From Octopus sinensis (lineage: Eukaryota), in the NCBI RefSeq assembly GCF_006345805.1, contig NC_043000.1:82274001-82338000 (forward strand): DNA of 64,000 bases, written 5' to 3'. Below are positions 25,761-40,179 of the stretch, piece after piece. Numbering within the stretch: the stretch's first letter is position 1; each line of letters opens with the position of its first letter. The notes beneath the pieces were generated by a model. It saw only the letters and a program-made list of their open reading frames with translations, was not told the DNA's origin and did not search any database. A program made the translations under genes and the position numbers.

Positions 25761-26749
25761 TAGTTGTCATTAATCAACAATGGATAAACATAACTTCTTA
25801 GACATCTGCTTTCTTCATTATTTCTTTCTCTTTCTCTCTCTCACTCTCTTTTTCTCTCTCGTCATTTTTTGGCAGTGTAGCTATACTGTATTAGTATATA
25901 TATATACGCATGAACGTATGTATGTGTGTGCGTGATGAGCTAAAAATTGGTAGTAACATGGGTTAAATACATAGACATAAATAGAAAATTATAGAAAAAA
26001 TATAAAATGATTAAAGTAAGATATAATTAAGACTTTTATCCAACCAGATTGTGCTCGGTCTAGTTTAACTCTCATCATCTTCACTGATCGTTTCTCGCTT
26101 TTTCCATATACCGACAATTTTTCGCTGTGTGTGCTGTTCTGATGTTGAAGTTTGCAACAAAAGCCCACGTGTTAGTCGAGATTTAAATATAGCGTTTGGT
26201 AATCACGGAAGTTTAATGTTACAAACAACCTGTCTGGTATACCTCATACGTTTGAATCATCATATCTTTTTTCGTTAGTACGTGCACATAGTTTGTTCCA
26301 CAAAGCTAGCGTAAGTAATTTAAATCATTCATTATCAGTTTTTCTTTTCTATACGAATTAATGGGAAAACAAGGGTCAGTCCTACGTCAGTGACAAAGGG
26401 CCGTTTCTCCTAATGGTTAATAATGGTTCTCCTAATGGTTCATATTTCTTGTTTGTGGTTTCCTTCGATTGTTTCTCTTTGACACTGTCCGTGGTAGCTA
26501 CCCTTCCTGTCACTTTCATCACCACCTTTATCTCTTCAGCTGAACACGATGAATTATTATTTCTGGTATTGAGAGTATGTCGGATTTTCCAGCCAGCTTC
26601 GTAGCTGCAGTTAGGGGTGTAACTGGCGGCGCTACACATACGGTACCCTGGTGGTGATCAAGAAACTAGGGCGTGCTGCTCTCTGCTTCTTAACTTCAAG
26701 AAGAAAAGCTTTCGAGTGGCTTATGCTATTCGGAACTTTGTCTAGTTTT

Positions 26750-27320
26750 CGTTTTTACTCCCGCAAATGAACACAGTTCCCGGAGATCTCTGTCGGTCAG
26801 GGATCCATTATGATACTCCGACATAGCATATTTCTTATATCATCTGTGCAGTGATCAACTGCCCACGTTGAGACATGAAAGTTATAAGTCAGGTATCAAT
26901 TTCATAGCCGATGAGCCTGAGATCTCACCGTTGTGTTTCTTTGGTCCAAATATTGCTGCAAAAATATTGTAGGTGCAAGTGAGCTTTAGTTTCTGCTTGC
27001 TTCCTTGTTTGGTTCGAAATGCCTAGCATTGCTGCATTGGACAACGAGTAGCTCACCTCACACATCGGATAGTGGTTCTTGTAGCTGCTGGTTTGAGGTC
27101 AACATAGAACTTTCTCCATAATCTTTTTAAGCATGCAAGACCATATGACCTACAGCCTTGCCATTTCTCGGTCATACTTTTCAGACAAGGAAAGACTATT
27201 CTGCTTCACATAGTGTTGCCAGACTATTGGGGGTTTGCCCGAATCTTATCTTGTTCAGTTGTTCTGTTCCATTGGCAACAGAGATAAAACTACCGTTTTC
27301 AGAAACATTCCCTTCACTTG
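26750..27320 (-). mobile_element. Probable piggyBac transposase C-terminal remnant
   Basis: Minus strand KRLWRKFYVDL resembles the K.KWWRK.FF.L motif after the MGGVD region; decayed. Confidence 0.45.
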
Positions 27321-27753
27321 AAGTTCTGTGTGTGTGTGTGGTGTGTGTGTTGTGTGTGGTGTGTGTGTGTGTGTGTTGTGTGTGTGTGTGTGTTGTGTGT
27401 GTGGTGCGTGTGTGGTGTGCGTGTTGTGGTGTGTGTGGTGGTGGGTGTGGGTTGTGTGGGTGTGTGGGTGTTTGTGTGTTGGTTGAATGTTGTTGCCAAA
27501 TACCGCTAACTTTTTCAAAATGTAGTGCTCTCAATGGAAATGTCATTAATTTTTTTTTCGGTTACAACGTGTCATGCTGTACAATATATTCTTTTCCAGT
27601 TTGTTTTAGTTGCTTTCTATGTGGTAGTCTTGATTTTGAATTCTTTTTCTTTCGAGTGCAAGACGTATTTCTTGTAGACATATATATATGCGTGTGTGTG
27701 TGTGTGTTTGTGTGTGCGTGTATTTGTGGTTTGTGTGTGTGTATGTATGTGTG

Positions 27754-27785
<32 letters not shown>

Positions 27786-28129
27786 CGCACGTGCTGAGAC
27801 GAAAGGATGAAAAGATGTAATATATCTAAAAACAAATTTTCTTCTCTGTCTGAGACTTATATGAGAAGATATTTCAAATTTAAAAGTATTCCAGCTTGCA
27901 AATTAGTTCTGAAAAAAAAATACTGTTCCATCCATCTGTTCGAGATATATTTCAGCGTAAAGAGCAACTTGAAAATATGTCAGAATACATCTCTTCAACC
28001 ACGTGTTTATATATAAAAAAATGCTGCAGTAATTATACAATGAAGCATATGTATATATATATCTTTGTATGTGTGTATCTTTGCTTTTGTGTCTGTCTCC
28101 AACCACAGCTTGACAACTGGTATTAGTGT

Positions 28130-28390
28130 GCTTACGTCTCGGGTCCCCAATTTTGTTTTTTTTTGTTTGCATAATCTATAATTTATTATACGTTTATTGT
28201 GTTCTTGTGCATATCTTCGAGACCATATTAAATCTTCACAATATGGCTGGGGAAAGTAGAATATCGTTTATCTTTTTCTTTTTTCAGTCATTTGACTGCG
28301 GTCATGCTGGGGCACTACCTTGAAGAGATTTTAGTAGAGCAATTCGATCCCAGGACTTTATTTTTAAACCTCGCATCATCATCATTGTCG

Positions 28391-28445
<55 letters not shown>

Positions 28446-28602
28446 CTTGCTTTTGTGTCACGTCCCAAATTATTTTTTGCCGAACTGCTAAATTTAGGGG
28501 ACGTAAACACACCATCATCAGTTGCCAAGCGGTTATCGGGGACAAACACAAAAGCATACACACACACGCGCATGCACAAACGTGCGCGCGCACAAACACA
28601 CA

Positions 28603-28635
<33 letters not shown>

Positions 28636-29032
28636 GCACGCACGCACATACATAAATATATGCATCAAAAATAAGGTGTGCGTTGCGTTACATTAATATT
28701 TTCAAAAGTCAAACACGTATAGTAATAAACACCCGAACGGAAAGGCATATACTAAATGCAGGGAATGCACTTAATGCACAGACGAACGGAGAACAAACAC
28801 AGGGGGTCAGCAATTCCTCATCAGCCAAGGTGTTGAGCGCAATTTCGTTCCATAATCAATAATATTGCATCCACCCTGGAGGCAACCAGCTAGAGAACTT
28901 GCTGGAAATGCAACCAAAACGTAACAAAACAAGACGGACAAGGAAGGATCAATAAGGAATACGGAAATGGACATACAAAAAATGTAATTCGGGACGTGGC
29001 ACAAAAACAAGACAATAATAATAATAATAATC

Positions 29033-29078
<46 letters not shown>

Positions 29079-29674
29079 CGACGCCGATGATGACGACGAC
29101 GACGACGATGATGATTATGATACATATACAACAAAAATTAATAACATATCGCAAGAAAGAAAGGGTAAAGTGAAGAGCTAAGAGAAGTCAAATCGAAGAC
29201 AACGCGGTCTCGTGGTAGTGGGAGGAGCGAAGAAGAGCCAGAAGGACTAGAGAACAACAAGGAGGGAAAGACAGAGAGGGAAAGACAGAGAGAGAAAGAC
29301 AGAGAGATAAAAAGGAAGGTGAAAGAGTGGCAAAAGAAAGGAAGAGACAAACTACAGTTACCCCCAAAAGATATTCCAAGAATATTTCTACGAATGGGTC
29401 AAAAATAAGGAGTGCGTTGCGTTACATGAATAATATTTTCAGAAGTCAAATACGCATAGTAATAAACAAACGGACGGAAAGACTTATATTAAATGTACTG
29501 AATACACTGACGAACGGATATACGACGGGCTGCTTTCAATTTCTGTCTACCAATTCCACCCCACAGGGATTTGGTCGGGCGGAGGATATAGTAGAAGACA
29601 CTTGCCAAAGGTGCCACACAGTAGGACTGAACCCGGAGCCATGTGGTTATGAAGCAAACTTCTTACCACACAAG

Positions 29675-29690
<16 letters not shown>
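28130..29690 (-). mobile_element. SINE split by an ~860-bp insert bounded by ~120-bp direct repeats
   Basis: SINE tail ~28270-28350, middle ~28470-28560, head ~29525-29690; direct repeats ~28665-28790 and ~29400-29525. Confidence 0.55.
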
Positions 29691-29706
<16 letters not shown>

Positions 29707-29765
29707 AGCGTGTGTTTGAGTAAATATATGACATATATACGTAGACTTATATAATATATATACAT

Positions 29766-29872
<107 letters not shown>

Positions 29873-29879
29873 GTGTGTG

Positions 29880-30015
29880 TGTTGTAAATGTAAAAAAATA
29901 CAAACTGGGACAAGAACGTGAAACATTTAGAAGACGATACAAAAAACACTGACGGGACACTCGAAGCCTTCAATCTTCAGTCAAGAACCGGATCATCTTC
30001 GCAATTTCGGCTAAT
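29880..30015. mobile_element. Short repeat homologous to 63140-63260, abutting (TA)n
   Basis: Shared gacggg..tcgaagcct..aatc.tcagtcaag.acc.gatcatc.tcgcaatttcggct. Confidence 0.65.
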
Positions 30016-30346
30016 ATGTATATATATATATATATAAAACCAATTCGATGTGTTAGGTTTCAGCCTGCCTTCTCAACAAGGTCAAGGTTTTTGTCATGGT
30101 ATCCTTTTGAGCAAGGTTAATTTCATTTCGATTAAGATAAATTGTGTTTGGTAGAGTTTATATAGGCCGTTTGTTTGAAGCCAGGTTTCTGATAAAAGAT
30201 GGTGAGAGAGGTTTTATGGAATTACCAATATGGCGTCAATATTGGGTTCCAATATTCCTGTCATGTGTCTTCAGATCTAGTCCGTAATGGCGCCACTTCA
30301 AGGTGGTTGCATCATTAGCATTGCAAAGAGTGCTCCAGCAACTACT

Positions 30347-30404
<58 letters not shown>

Positions 30405-30935
30405 AAGCAGCAGCCGCGGCAGCGGCGGCGGCTGCAGAAAATGTTGATGTAGAAGAGATAATAATGATTTTAGTCATCAGAGAGAGAGCGCACGTCTCTC
30501 TTTTGTCTCTTAATATAGTACTCCTTCTCTTTCCCCCACCTCTCTCTCCCTCTCATGCAATTTCTTTCTCTCTCTCTCTCTCTCTCTCTCATGCAATCTC
30601 TTTCTCGCTCTCTTCCTCTCTTTCTCTCTCTCTCTCTCTCCCTCGTGCTCGCTCGATCGATCTCTTTCTCCTCTCCCTGTAGTGTTAGTTTTTTTCTTCC
30701 TCATTTTCTTTCATCTTTCGCTTCTACTCCTCTTCATTCTCTCATAACTATCGCTTAATTCCTTCCTCTTGTATTTAGTTTTAATTCTCTCTCCCATTCT
30801 TTATTCTGTCTCCACAACTTTCCCTTTCTCTCTCTCTCTCTCTCTCTCTCGCCTTCACACACACTCATACATACATACATACATACATACATACATACAT
30901 ACATACATACATACATACATACATACATACATACA

Positions 30936-30966
<31 letters not shown>

Positions 30967-31275
30967 CAAGGGATGAGACTGAAAAGAAACTCTTGAAATG
31001 TTAATGGACTTAGGAATGTCATTGTTCCAAACAAAAAGATAAAAGACTGATTGGGAAATATGGAAAATCATTGATAAAAAAGATTAAACGCAAACATAGT
31101 CGTCTCTTCTCTACAATGTCTATGAAAAAGAAGCTGTTATCTATCTATTTATATGCATATATATGTGTGTGTGTGTATGTGTATATGTATATATATGTGT
31201 GTGTATATATATATATGTATATATATATGAATATATATATATGAACGTATATATGTGTGTGTGTGTGTGTGTGTG

Positions 31276-31311
<36 letters not shown>

Positions 31312-31345
31312 GTATATGTCTCTCTTTCTCTCTCTCTCTTATCCT

Positions 31346-31452
<107 letters not shown>

Positions 31453-31973
31453 GTGTGTGTGTGTGTGTGTGTGAATATATACAGTGGTAGCAGCGCTAAG
31501 CAGTGATGAGAAGTAAACGAAGTGATAAAATATGTCGCAAACATATTTGAACTAGTCTAAAATTGATATATATGAATTGTTATTATTGTGGTGGTAGTTG
31601 CTGTTTAACCCCAGGCCAGCTGTCATTGGACACATGTATGATTAAATCGATTCTACTGGCAGCCATTCTTTATTTTATTCAGACATCGTTTATACAAGAC
31701 CATATTACTAAGTGTAGTTGGATGATTGGCTGGCTGGCCGACAGGATGTCGGGTTGGTTGCTATTTGACTCAAATCAAGCTTTAATGCTTAAATGCATTC
31801 TGAGACCATCCCACCATTTTATGGATATACACCAGGTACGCGCAACCATTTTCGAGAAGCAGGCTGCATGAGACAGGGTTCATCATCAGGCAGGTTACAT
31901 TACTAAAAATTCTAGCCAAGTTTTCGTTAGGCGTGAAAGTCCCAAGGGCCAAGGTTGGGCATGACTGATATGC

Positions 31974-32016
<43 letters not shown>

Positions 32017-32059
32017 AATTTAAGGAAGGAAATGCACACACTTTACATATAATTTTTAA

Positions 32060-34150
32060 TATGTCTTGTTTGTATTTGTCGACCGGTTTCGCTTTCGCTA
32101 TTCATAATATTAATATTCATAACATTAAAATTCATAACATTAAAATTACTTAGGAAAATTTTTTTTTGTCCGCGTTGTGTGTGGAGTCTATAAATGAACG
32201 ATTCAGCAATTAGAAGAATCTAAGGGGAGGTAACTGGTTATCATTATTATTGTGGACAGGAGAGATAATCGTTCAGTTTTCGGCATTGGGGCGGAATATA
32301 CATACACACAAAAATTCAAAAACTAGAGTGATGGGGAGAAATATGTTTAGTGATGGGTATGTAATCGTGAATTAAAATGTCTAGCGATCAAAGTTGGTTA
32401 TGCTTGCATATTTAGACGTGTTCTGTATTTTTCTATGAAAACATTTTCTTTATTTAAACGTTCTTGCAAAGAAATTGTATCTTTGCAATGGTAGAAGGGG
32501 AAAACTCTGAAATTTGGTTTGATGTTACCTACACATTTCTCTATGTGTTCACTTAAAGGAATTTATATGTGTTGCGGGAATCAGACCTGCTCTTTACGTA
32601 GAGTGGTTCTCCGTCTCAATCTCATACTCGTCTGTTCTATATAATGAGGTGCATAACCTGAGCAGGTTATTGCATAGATTAGGTTCTCAGAGGCACAAGT
32701 GAAGTTGGTTTTAATTGTGAACCTCTCTCCTTGTTTGAAACGGAAATCCGTGCCTTCAAGCAGGTTGGGGCATGTTCCACAGTTTGAGCGTCCACATTTT
32801 TTAACCATTGGTTTCGTGGTTGTTATGTACAGCTTCGCATTTGTTAGAAGTCTCTTTAGCGATTTGTGTTGCTTTTTGCATTTGATGAGTTTATGTGATT
32901 TAAGGCTGTTGTTCATTTTTGGGTCTCTGGTAATGGGAAATTTTACACAATAGTGTTGTATGCCTTATTATTTCTAGGGTTGTGGGTTGATACATACAGT
33001 AGTGTTTTGAGATGTGTTGTGTTATGTTTTGTTGTCCTTAGTGCTTTTATGTCTAATTTCTTTCGTCTTTCCGTTAGTGTTGTTTTGAGGTATTGAAGAT
33101 GAAGGTCCCGAGTAGTTCTATCAGACACTATTGTGCGAATCCTTTTTGCTAAATTAAAGGGGATATTTATTTTGATGTGTTTCGGGTGGCATGAGCTAAA
33201 AAGGAGATATTGTTTCGAGTCCGTTGGTTTATGATAGATGTCAGTTATAATTTGGTTGATGACTTTTTTTATCATAATATCCCAAAATGGGAGCTGTTCT
33301 TTGCTATATTCCATTGTGAATTGAATGTTACTGTTTATATCATTTAGTGTTGTCTAAAAGTTTGTCAGTGGTCTCCTTCCAAATGATAAAACAGTCAACC
33401 AGGTATCTTTTCCAGTTTTCTCTTATGCAATAATGAAATGGATAATCATATTTTTGAAATGACGCTTCATATACGGTGAATTCAAAATAACTCATTATCG
33501 GGGGCTGCTTTCATTCCCATCGCAATTCCGCCTTTTTGACGATATTAGGAGTCGTCAAATAGGAAATAATTGTTCTGAAGTATAAATATTAAAGATTCAA
33601 TTATAAAGACCTGATTTATGCGTTCCGGGAGTACTTCAGGGTTCTTTTCCAACCAGAATTTGATTGCTTTTATTCCATAGTCATGTGGGATGCTGGTGTA
33701 AAGATTAATAACATCGAAGGAAACCAATAATGCCTCTTCATTAATCGTTTTTGGTATGTGCTCTAGCATGTCTAAATCGTCTCTAATGAAACTTTTAATG
33801 TATTTCAGCAACCAGTGCAAAGATACAATTTCTTTACAAGAACTTTTAAATAAAGAAAAGATTTTTTCATCAGAAAATACAGAACACATCTAAATATGCA
33901 CGCATAACCAACTTTGATTTCTAAACATATTTTAATTCACGATTACATACCCATCACTGTACATATTTCTCCCTACCACTCTAGTTTTTGAATTTTTGTG
34001 TGTATATTTATTCCGCCCCGATGCCGAAAACTGAACGATTATCTCTCCGGTCCACAATAATAACGATAACCAATTACGTCTCCTTAGATTTTCCTAATTG
34101 TTGAATCGTTCATTCATAAACTCCTCATACAACATGGACCAAAAAATTCT
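32060..34150 (-). mobile_element. Penelope-like element (Neptune-type linker) with inverted pseudo-LTR
   Basis: RT motifs SFDVINLYTSIP, GIAMG, IYHKPTDSKQYL..SCHPKH; linker CGRSNCGTC; GIY-YIG NLIYAITC..YIEQT. 32155-32415 is inverted at 33890-34150. Confidence 0.93.
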
Positions 34151-34340
34151 TCTTAAGAAAATGCGTATTTAAATGAATTTTAATGTCATGAATAGCAAAA
34201 TCGAAACCGATCGACAAACGCAATACAAGATATGTTAAAATTATATGAAAACTATGTAAAGTGTGTGAATTTTCCTTCTTTAATTTCTTATATATATTAC
34301 AACTCACCACGTGGGATGATCGAAATTCCCCTATTTTTAT

Positions 34341-34374
<34 letters not shown>

Positions 34375-35074
34375 TTAGGCCAGAGACCTGGTGAAACTTC
34401 GATGATACTATCAATTAAATAATAATAAACAACGGCTCCTGATTTTAATACGAGGCCAGTAATTTTGAGGGGGAGACAGGTTTATTGAAACCATTAACCT
34501 CAATACTAACCTGGTACTTAATTTTATTTACCTCGAGTGGGGAAGAATGCAAAGCACAGTTTGCCTCGGTATGATTTGAACTCAAAGCGTGAAGAGCCGG
34601 AACAAATACCGTAAAGCATTTCTCCCGATGTTTTAACGATTCGCCAGTTTTATATCCTACAATGCGAACTATAACACAGGTCAGGGGTTTATAATGTGCT
34701 ACCTACACAGTATGATGTATGCGACCAAGATGCATAGATATCGACAGCTCAGGCTACCTAGATGTAAGTAGGTAACACATCGTTGTATAGTTCTCAGTTG
34801 AAGCCTGCAGTACTTAATTGTCAACAGCCTTGTCCTCATAGAGGTACTGTGCCACTGGCTAGGAAAACAGTGTGGTACCGTTCTCTAGGTCCAACACTGT
34901 GTATGCTCCACTGTATTGTGTGAATGTTTACGTGATTTAACTGCTAACACCCAGTTTACTTAGCTGTTAGTAGATACCATTTCCGGCCGAGACACATACG
35001 TAACTATCAACAGCCTACATAAGTAACCATGTAACTCAATGTCGCATAGTTCACTGTGTGTATAAGTACGACCA

Positions 35075-35515
35075 TGGTAAGAAGTTTGCTTCCCAACCAT
35101 ATGGTTCCGAGTTCAGTCCCACTGCGTAGCACCTTGGGCAAGTGTCTTCTGGGAATGTCCGAGGTCGACCAAAGTTTTGTAACTGGAGTTGGTAGACGGA
35201 AACTGAAAGAAGCTCGTCGTATGTGTGTGTGCACGCGCACGTGTGTTAGTGTGTGTATGTGTGTGCGCACGCGCGTGTGTGCTTTCGTGCGTCTGTTGTG
35301 TGTGGGTGGGTGTCTCTGCATCTGTGTTTGCCCCACCCACCACCACCACCACCGCTCGTTGGTTGGTTTACGTCCCAGTGACTTAGCGACAGAATAAGTA
35401 CCAGGCTTAAAAATAAAAAGAATTACTGGGGTCGATTCGTTCGGCTAAAAATTCTTCGAGGCGGTGCCTCAGCATGGTTGCAGTCTAATGACAGAAACAA
35501 ATAAAAGAAAAGACC
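35075..35515 (+). mobile_element. tRNA-derived SINE with internal (GT)n
   Basis: Same family as 24476-24870. Confidence 0.85.
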
Positions 35516-36053
35516 CCTGTTTATCTAGCTATAAGTCGGCAGTACAATGTGGTATACTTCCCTGTACTGTATCCATGTCCAAAACACTTAACAGTCAACA
35601 GCCCAGTCCACGTAGCTGTAAATAAGCACCACAATGTGTCATAGTTCACAATGTATTCATAGCCAATTCGAGGCACCCTCATTCGTTTGTGGAGTCAGTA
35701 GTTATAATAATTTCAATGAAAAAAAATGTGGCTACAGTGAACATAGAATGTTATCTCTCCATAAGAATATCTTGTTATTCCGTATAATAGAAAACCTATA
35801 TATAAGGATAGATAAATAAAAAAATATAACGCTTTACATCTTCTCTTCGATATGAATTTCTAAAAAAATATTATAATGTTATGTATAACTTACAAATTGG
35901 AAAAAAACAAATGGGAACACTAAAACAACAAAGGATTATCATGAGAATCAAACACACAGACATAAACACGCACACATACATACACACATATATGCATACA
36001 TACACACGTACATACACAGATGCATAATACACACATATATATACATAGACATA

Positions 36054-36129
<76 letters not shown>

Positions 36130-37209
36130 CATACACAAACAAACAACCAAACAAACCATCACACACACACACATACATAGAGATATAAAAATGAGCACAC
36201 ATTGATAAATAAACATACAGACAAATACGCAAATAGGCACAAAATAGAACATACACATAATTATATACACACATGCACGCACACACACACACAACAATCT
36301 TCCATCCAACCATCAGTTCATACATACATACACGCATACACACACATATATATTTACACATATACATATATAATTACTATAACTCAGTGTACTGAATGGC
36401 AACTAACACAAAGACGTGATAGTCGCGGCTGGAACGTCTTTGAACACAGGTATGTTCAGTCAAGATTAACCTGGATATAAACAACAACGATAACAGCGAA
36501 AACGATAATAGTAATCAGAACACCGCCAACGCTACCATCACCACCATCACCACCATCACCACCACCACCACTACCACCATCACCACCACCACCACTACCA
36601 CCATCACCACCACTAAAAGCAATAAGCATCAACAACAAAAACAGATTATGACTAAAACATGAATAATTTGGAGCATAGGTTTTCTTCCGTCATAGCTTCC
36701 GGTGTCGTAACTATACACTTCCGGTTCATGACGAAAACGGTATCTCTAATGGAATGTCAGTAAATTTTAGCTGCTATTAAGGTCACATGTGTGTGCGTGA
36801 GAGCGCTTGTAGGAGGATAGGAGTGCAGGTGTGTGTGTGGGGGGATGAGTACGGGCCTTTGTACGACTATAAGTGAACAGGGTGGGAATGGACGTGTATG
36901 TGTGGGAGTGCACCCAAGTTCACGTGTGTCTATACACAGGTACACATGGATGTGGATGCATGCATGTGTTTTCGAGTGTGTGTGTGTGTGTGTATGTGTG
37001 TGTGTGTGTGTATGTGTGTGTGTGTGTGTGTTCTGTTGTATGTCTTTGTGTATACACATACACATACATATATGTATATCGGTGCTCCAGCATGGCCGCA
37101 GTCAAATGATTGAAACAAGTAACAGAATAACAGAATATATATACGGTAACGTTTTTTGCCATTATAACATGGCCGTTCTATAAAAAAACTGTCACTACAT
37201 TTTAACCCC

Positions 37210-37905
37210 AGGAAAACATCTTTTCCAGCTGGTTGACGTCACACAGCCTGTACCTAATTGTGAGTGAGGGAGCTAATCACTCCCCTCCAGCTTGGCAGAC
37301 CATGGTTTCTGGGTCTTTACCCTTCATCGGTATTGGACAACTGCCTGCTAGAGATGACTGTCAATTGTCCCCACTCATAATATATAAACAGAGAAGTGGC
37401 AGACAGCCACTGATCTCGTAACGAGCAAAGTAGCTAGTTCTAGTGATTCGCTCCCTTACTCACAATATATCGAGCAGGCAGTGTTTATCTCTCTGATGTC
37501 CTTAGCGAAAGAGGTTAGGTGGTGGACGTGGTTGAAAGGGCTGAAGGTAGATCCTTACTTCTTTAGCCAAGCCTAGATCAACGTTTTTAAGTTTCACTGG
37601 AAAAGGAAAGTGAGGGTGAAGAGGGAAGTGCTGCCTTCCAGTAAATTTGATGTAAGGTGGATGAATGTAGCAATGATGAAAGACGACGATGAGGAGAGGG
37701 CACTTACTTCAGTTTTGTGAGGTTTCCAAGAGCAGCCCCAAGAAGTTCCTCTTTTCTGGGGGAAAGATATATTGTTGGTATTTATAAATACCAACATGCT
37801 CCTTTATGTAACCCCGTTACATGCTCCTTTATGTAACCCCGCATTGCATTGTTCCCTACCGTTCCCAATGTTTCTGTGAATCCTTCGCGGTTAATAAAGA
37901 AAACA
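37210..37905 (+). mobile_element. L1/Tx1-type LINE 3' fragment
   Basis: FKFHWKRKVRVKREVLPSSKFDVRWMNVA matches the C-terminus in ORF 22883-23227; AATAAA near 37893; 23-bp tandem duplication in the UTR. Confidence 0.8.
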
Positions 37906-38229
37906 TTATTGTTGTTGTTGTTTCGGATTTACTGCAATGAAAGCCATATATGAAATATTAAAACTATAACATTTTTCCTTACAGATATTTTTTTAAACTG
38001 CAGCATTTATTCATGGTATTTTCAGCGACAATCTAGCCAGTTATTTACGTGTGATGACAATTACATTGGTTACTGGTGGTGGCCTGTATTTAACCTGCAG
38101 CCATAGCGTTTGATCTTAGTTTTTATTGTGGGTTTGTCTGTTGTTTCCACAGTTAATGTATACGATATTATGTACATTTCCAGGGCATTAAACGCTTCTA
38201 TAACCCTCGTGGACCACATGAACAAATGA

Positions 38230-39800
38230 AAATGTAAAAAGCTAGAATTGGAAAGCAAATTCCGTGTTTAAAAAAATGCAATGATGAATGGGAAGCGCAG
38301 TGCTTCATGTGCAAACCATAGAAATTTGTCTCTGTTGCAAATAAAGGTATTAATGAATTGAAAACACATGTGAACAGAAGCAAATGATTCTTTCATCAAA
38401 TCAAAACTGAAAAATGCTACCTCGATTGCAGAAGTTACTTTAGCCCTTTGCCTGTCCACAGAACTTTCATAATTTTGTCATAAATGTCCAAGCTTGGTTT
38501 TAGACTTTTCTTAGTCCTTGCTTCATACATCTTCAGTTATTATAAAACTTTCCTTTCATATGCCAACATGGGGCTTACGCTGGCGGTTGAAAAAAAGGGG
38601 AACATGATCATATATGATGCTTAGACGCCAGGAAAATATGTTCAGGGTTTCTCAAGTGAAACATGGGTCAGGCAAAGGGTTAAAGACATCACTTCGTTAA
38701 ACTGTTCGCGAACCTAGTTAAAAAAAAGATGCAAAAACTTTCTCGAATTCTGAGGTTGCAATGAAGTCTCCTAGTGTTTAGAAGAAAAATCACAAGTAAT
38801 GCTTAATTCTGTGCTTGCACCAACTTCTCTCAATGTTGCCTTGAAAAATCGTGAAGAAAATAATATAGCATACTGTAGAATTGCTATAGATGGAAGTAAT
38901 TACTATTCAATCCATCGGCTTCCTGTAATTAATGAGTATTTTGACTGAAAGAACTGTTTACAGTCAAAAGTAACTAAATTAAAGAACACGCCTTATGACA
39001 ATGGCAAATTATATGAAGCACACTCCGGAGAAAATAGTGTCTGTGAGAAATATGTTGCATTCACACGTGACAAAGGCTTATAGGATTCAGGCGTAATGAA
39101 GACTATATGAATACGCTTGCAAATTTTAAGAAAATGTTTCAAAAGCAATCATTAATAGGAGTGGGTTGCTTACAATTATGCCCATCACTGAGCAGAAAGA
39201 ATGGATATTGATATTCAAAATATTATCGGTAAAATTTGTCAATGTTTTCATATCGACATAAATGGAACTGAAATGATCAACATTGTCGTTTTGTTGAAAT
39301 TGAATACTGGAAGTGCTTCTCTCACAATAAGGCTCGTTGGCTGTCACTATTGTTTGACATTGCCAGGCTCACATAGATGTTTCCTGTTTTCTTTCAGTTG
39401 TATGACAAATCACCTACATTTATTTAAAAAATTCATTGAGAATGAAATTACCGCTGCGAAAAGCACTCGTTTAATATATTTGACAAACACATTCAAGCAA
39501 TTGAAAGAGAAAGTACTCCTATTGAAGAAGTGTTGAGAAATTTAGGATCTGTTCAGAAAAAGGTTGTAGGACACAAGAATCACAATGTTGTGGCTTTGAA
39601 AGTTACGGGACATCTGCTTGATCAAAATCACAGAAAAAGAAACGAGAAAGAATGTGTGACAGTTTCTTCTAAAATACTACAGAGGCTTCTAAAATACTAC
39701 AAGAGGCCTGTATGAAACCAATAGGAGATTTTCGTTACCTGTTCCAACTAGATAACTTTGAGAGAAACACCTTACTGGATTTATTGCTTCAAATATTTTA
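38230..39800 (+). mobile_element. Degenerate hAT transposase
   Basis: BED-finger-like AQCFMCK..SVANKGINELKTH, then DIDIQNIIGKI and ARWLSLL (TRWLSL motif). Confidence 0.7.
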
Positions 39801-39939
39801 TTCACAATATGAAGTAAGTCACTGGAAACACTTTGTTAAGTCAGCTAAATTATAAAAAAAATAACCTCAATTAAAAACGCGATGCAATACAGAACATCGA
39901 CATCTGTGTATGCGTGTGTGCGTGTGCCTGTGCGTATAT

Positions 39940-40075
39940 ATATTGTCGAAGTGCGTAAGCTCGAAACGTAAAAGACTTTTCCATTCTTCCCTAACGTTAA
40001 ACTAATACACCTGCTTGTTGTTCCTACATCTATCGTCGTCTTTTGTTTTCTGTAAATTTGAACATTATAAGTATA
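39940..40075 (+). mobile_element. Truncated copy of the hammerhead-variant element
   Basis: TGTCGAAGTGCGTAAGCTCGAAACGTAAAAGAC, homologous to the 17852 and 51872 motifs. Confidence 0.65.
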
Positions 40076-40179
40076 TATAAGGTCATACCGTAAATAATGC
40101 GGTTTTTCAATTGCGTGAACTAAAAGTCGGAGGGGAACGGAATAAACTACCTGCATCAACTTGCTATAAAAACAGGTAG

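Noticed and set aside
29950-29985. CTGAAGA..CGAGT (and CTGACGA..CGAAT at 63199-63228) as a hammerhead
   Set aside because: No stem II pairing, the GAAA core is not conserved between the two copies, and there is no stem I.
30050-30300. LSETWL-like LINE endonuclease motif on the minus strand
   Set aside because: Single short motif without supporting neighbours.
30990-31130. NVNGLRN-like L1 endonuclease start
   Set aside because: Too short and decayed to call.
34372-34405. GCCAG-AGAC-CTGGT-GAAAC as a hammerhead remnant
   Set aside because: CUGANGA, stem I and stem III are absent; truncated by (TA)n.
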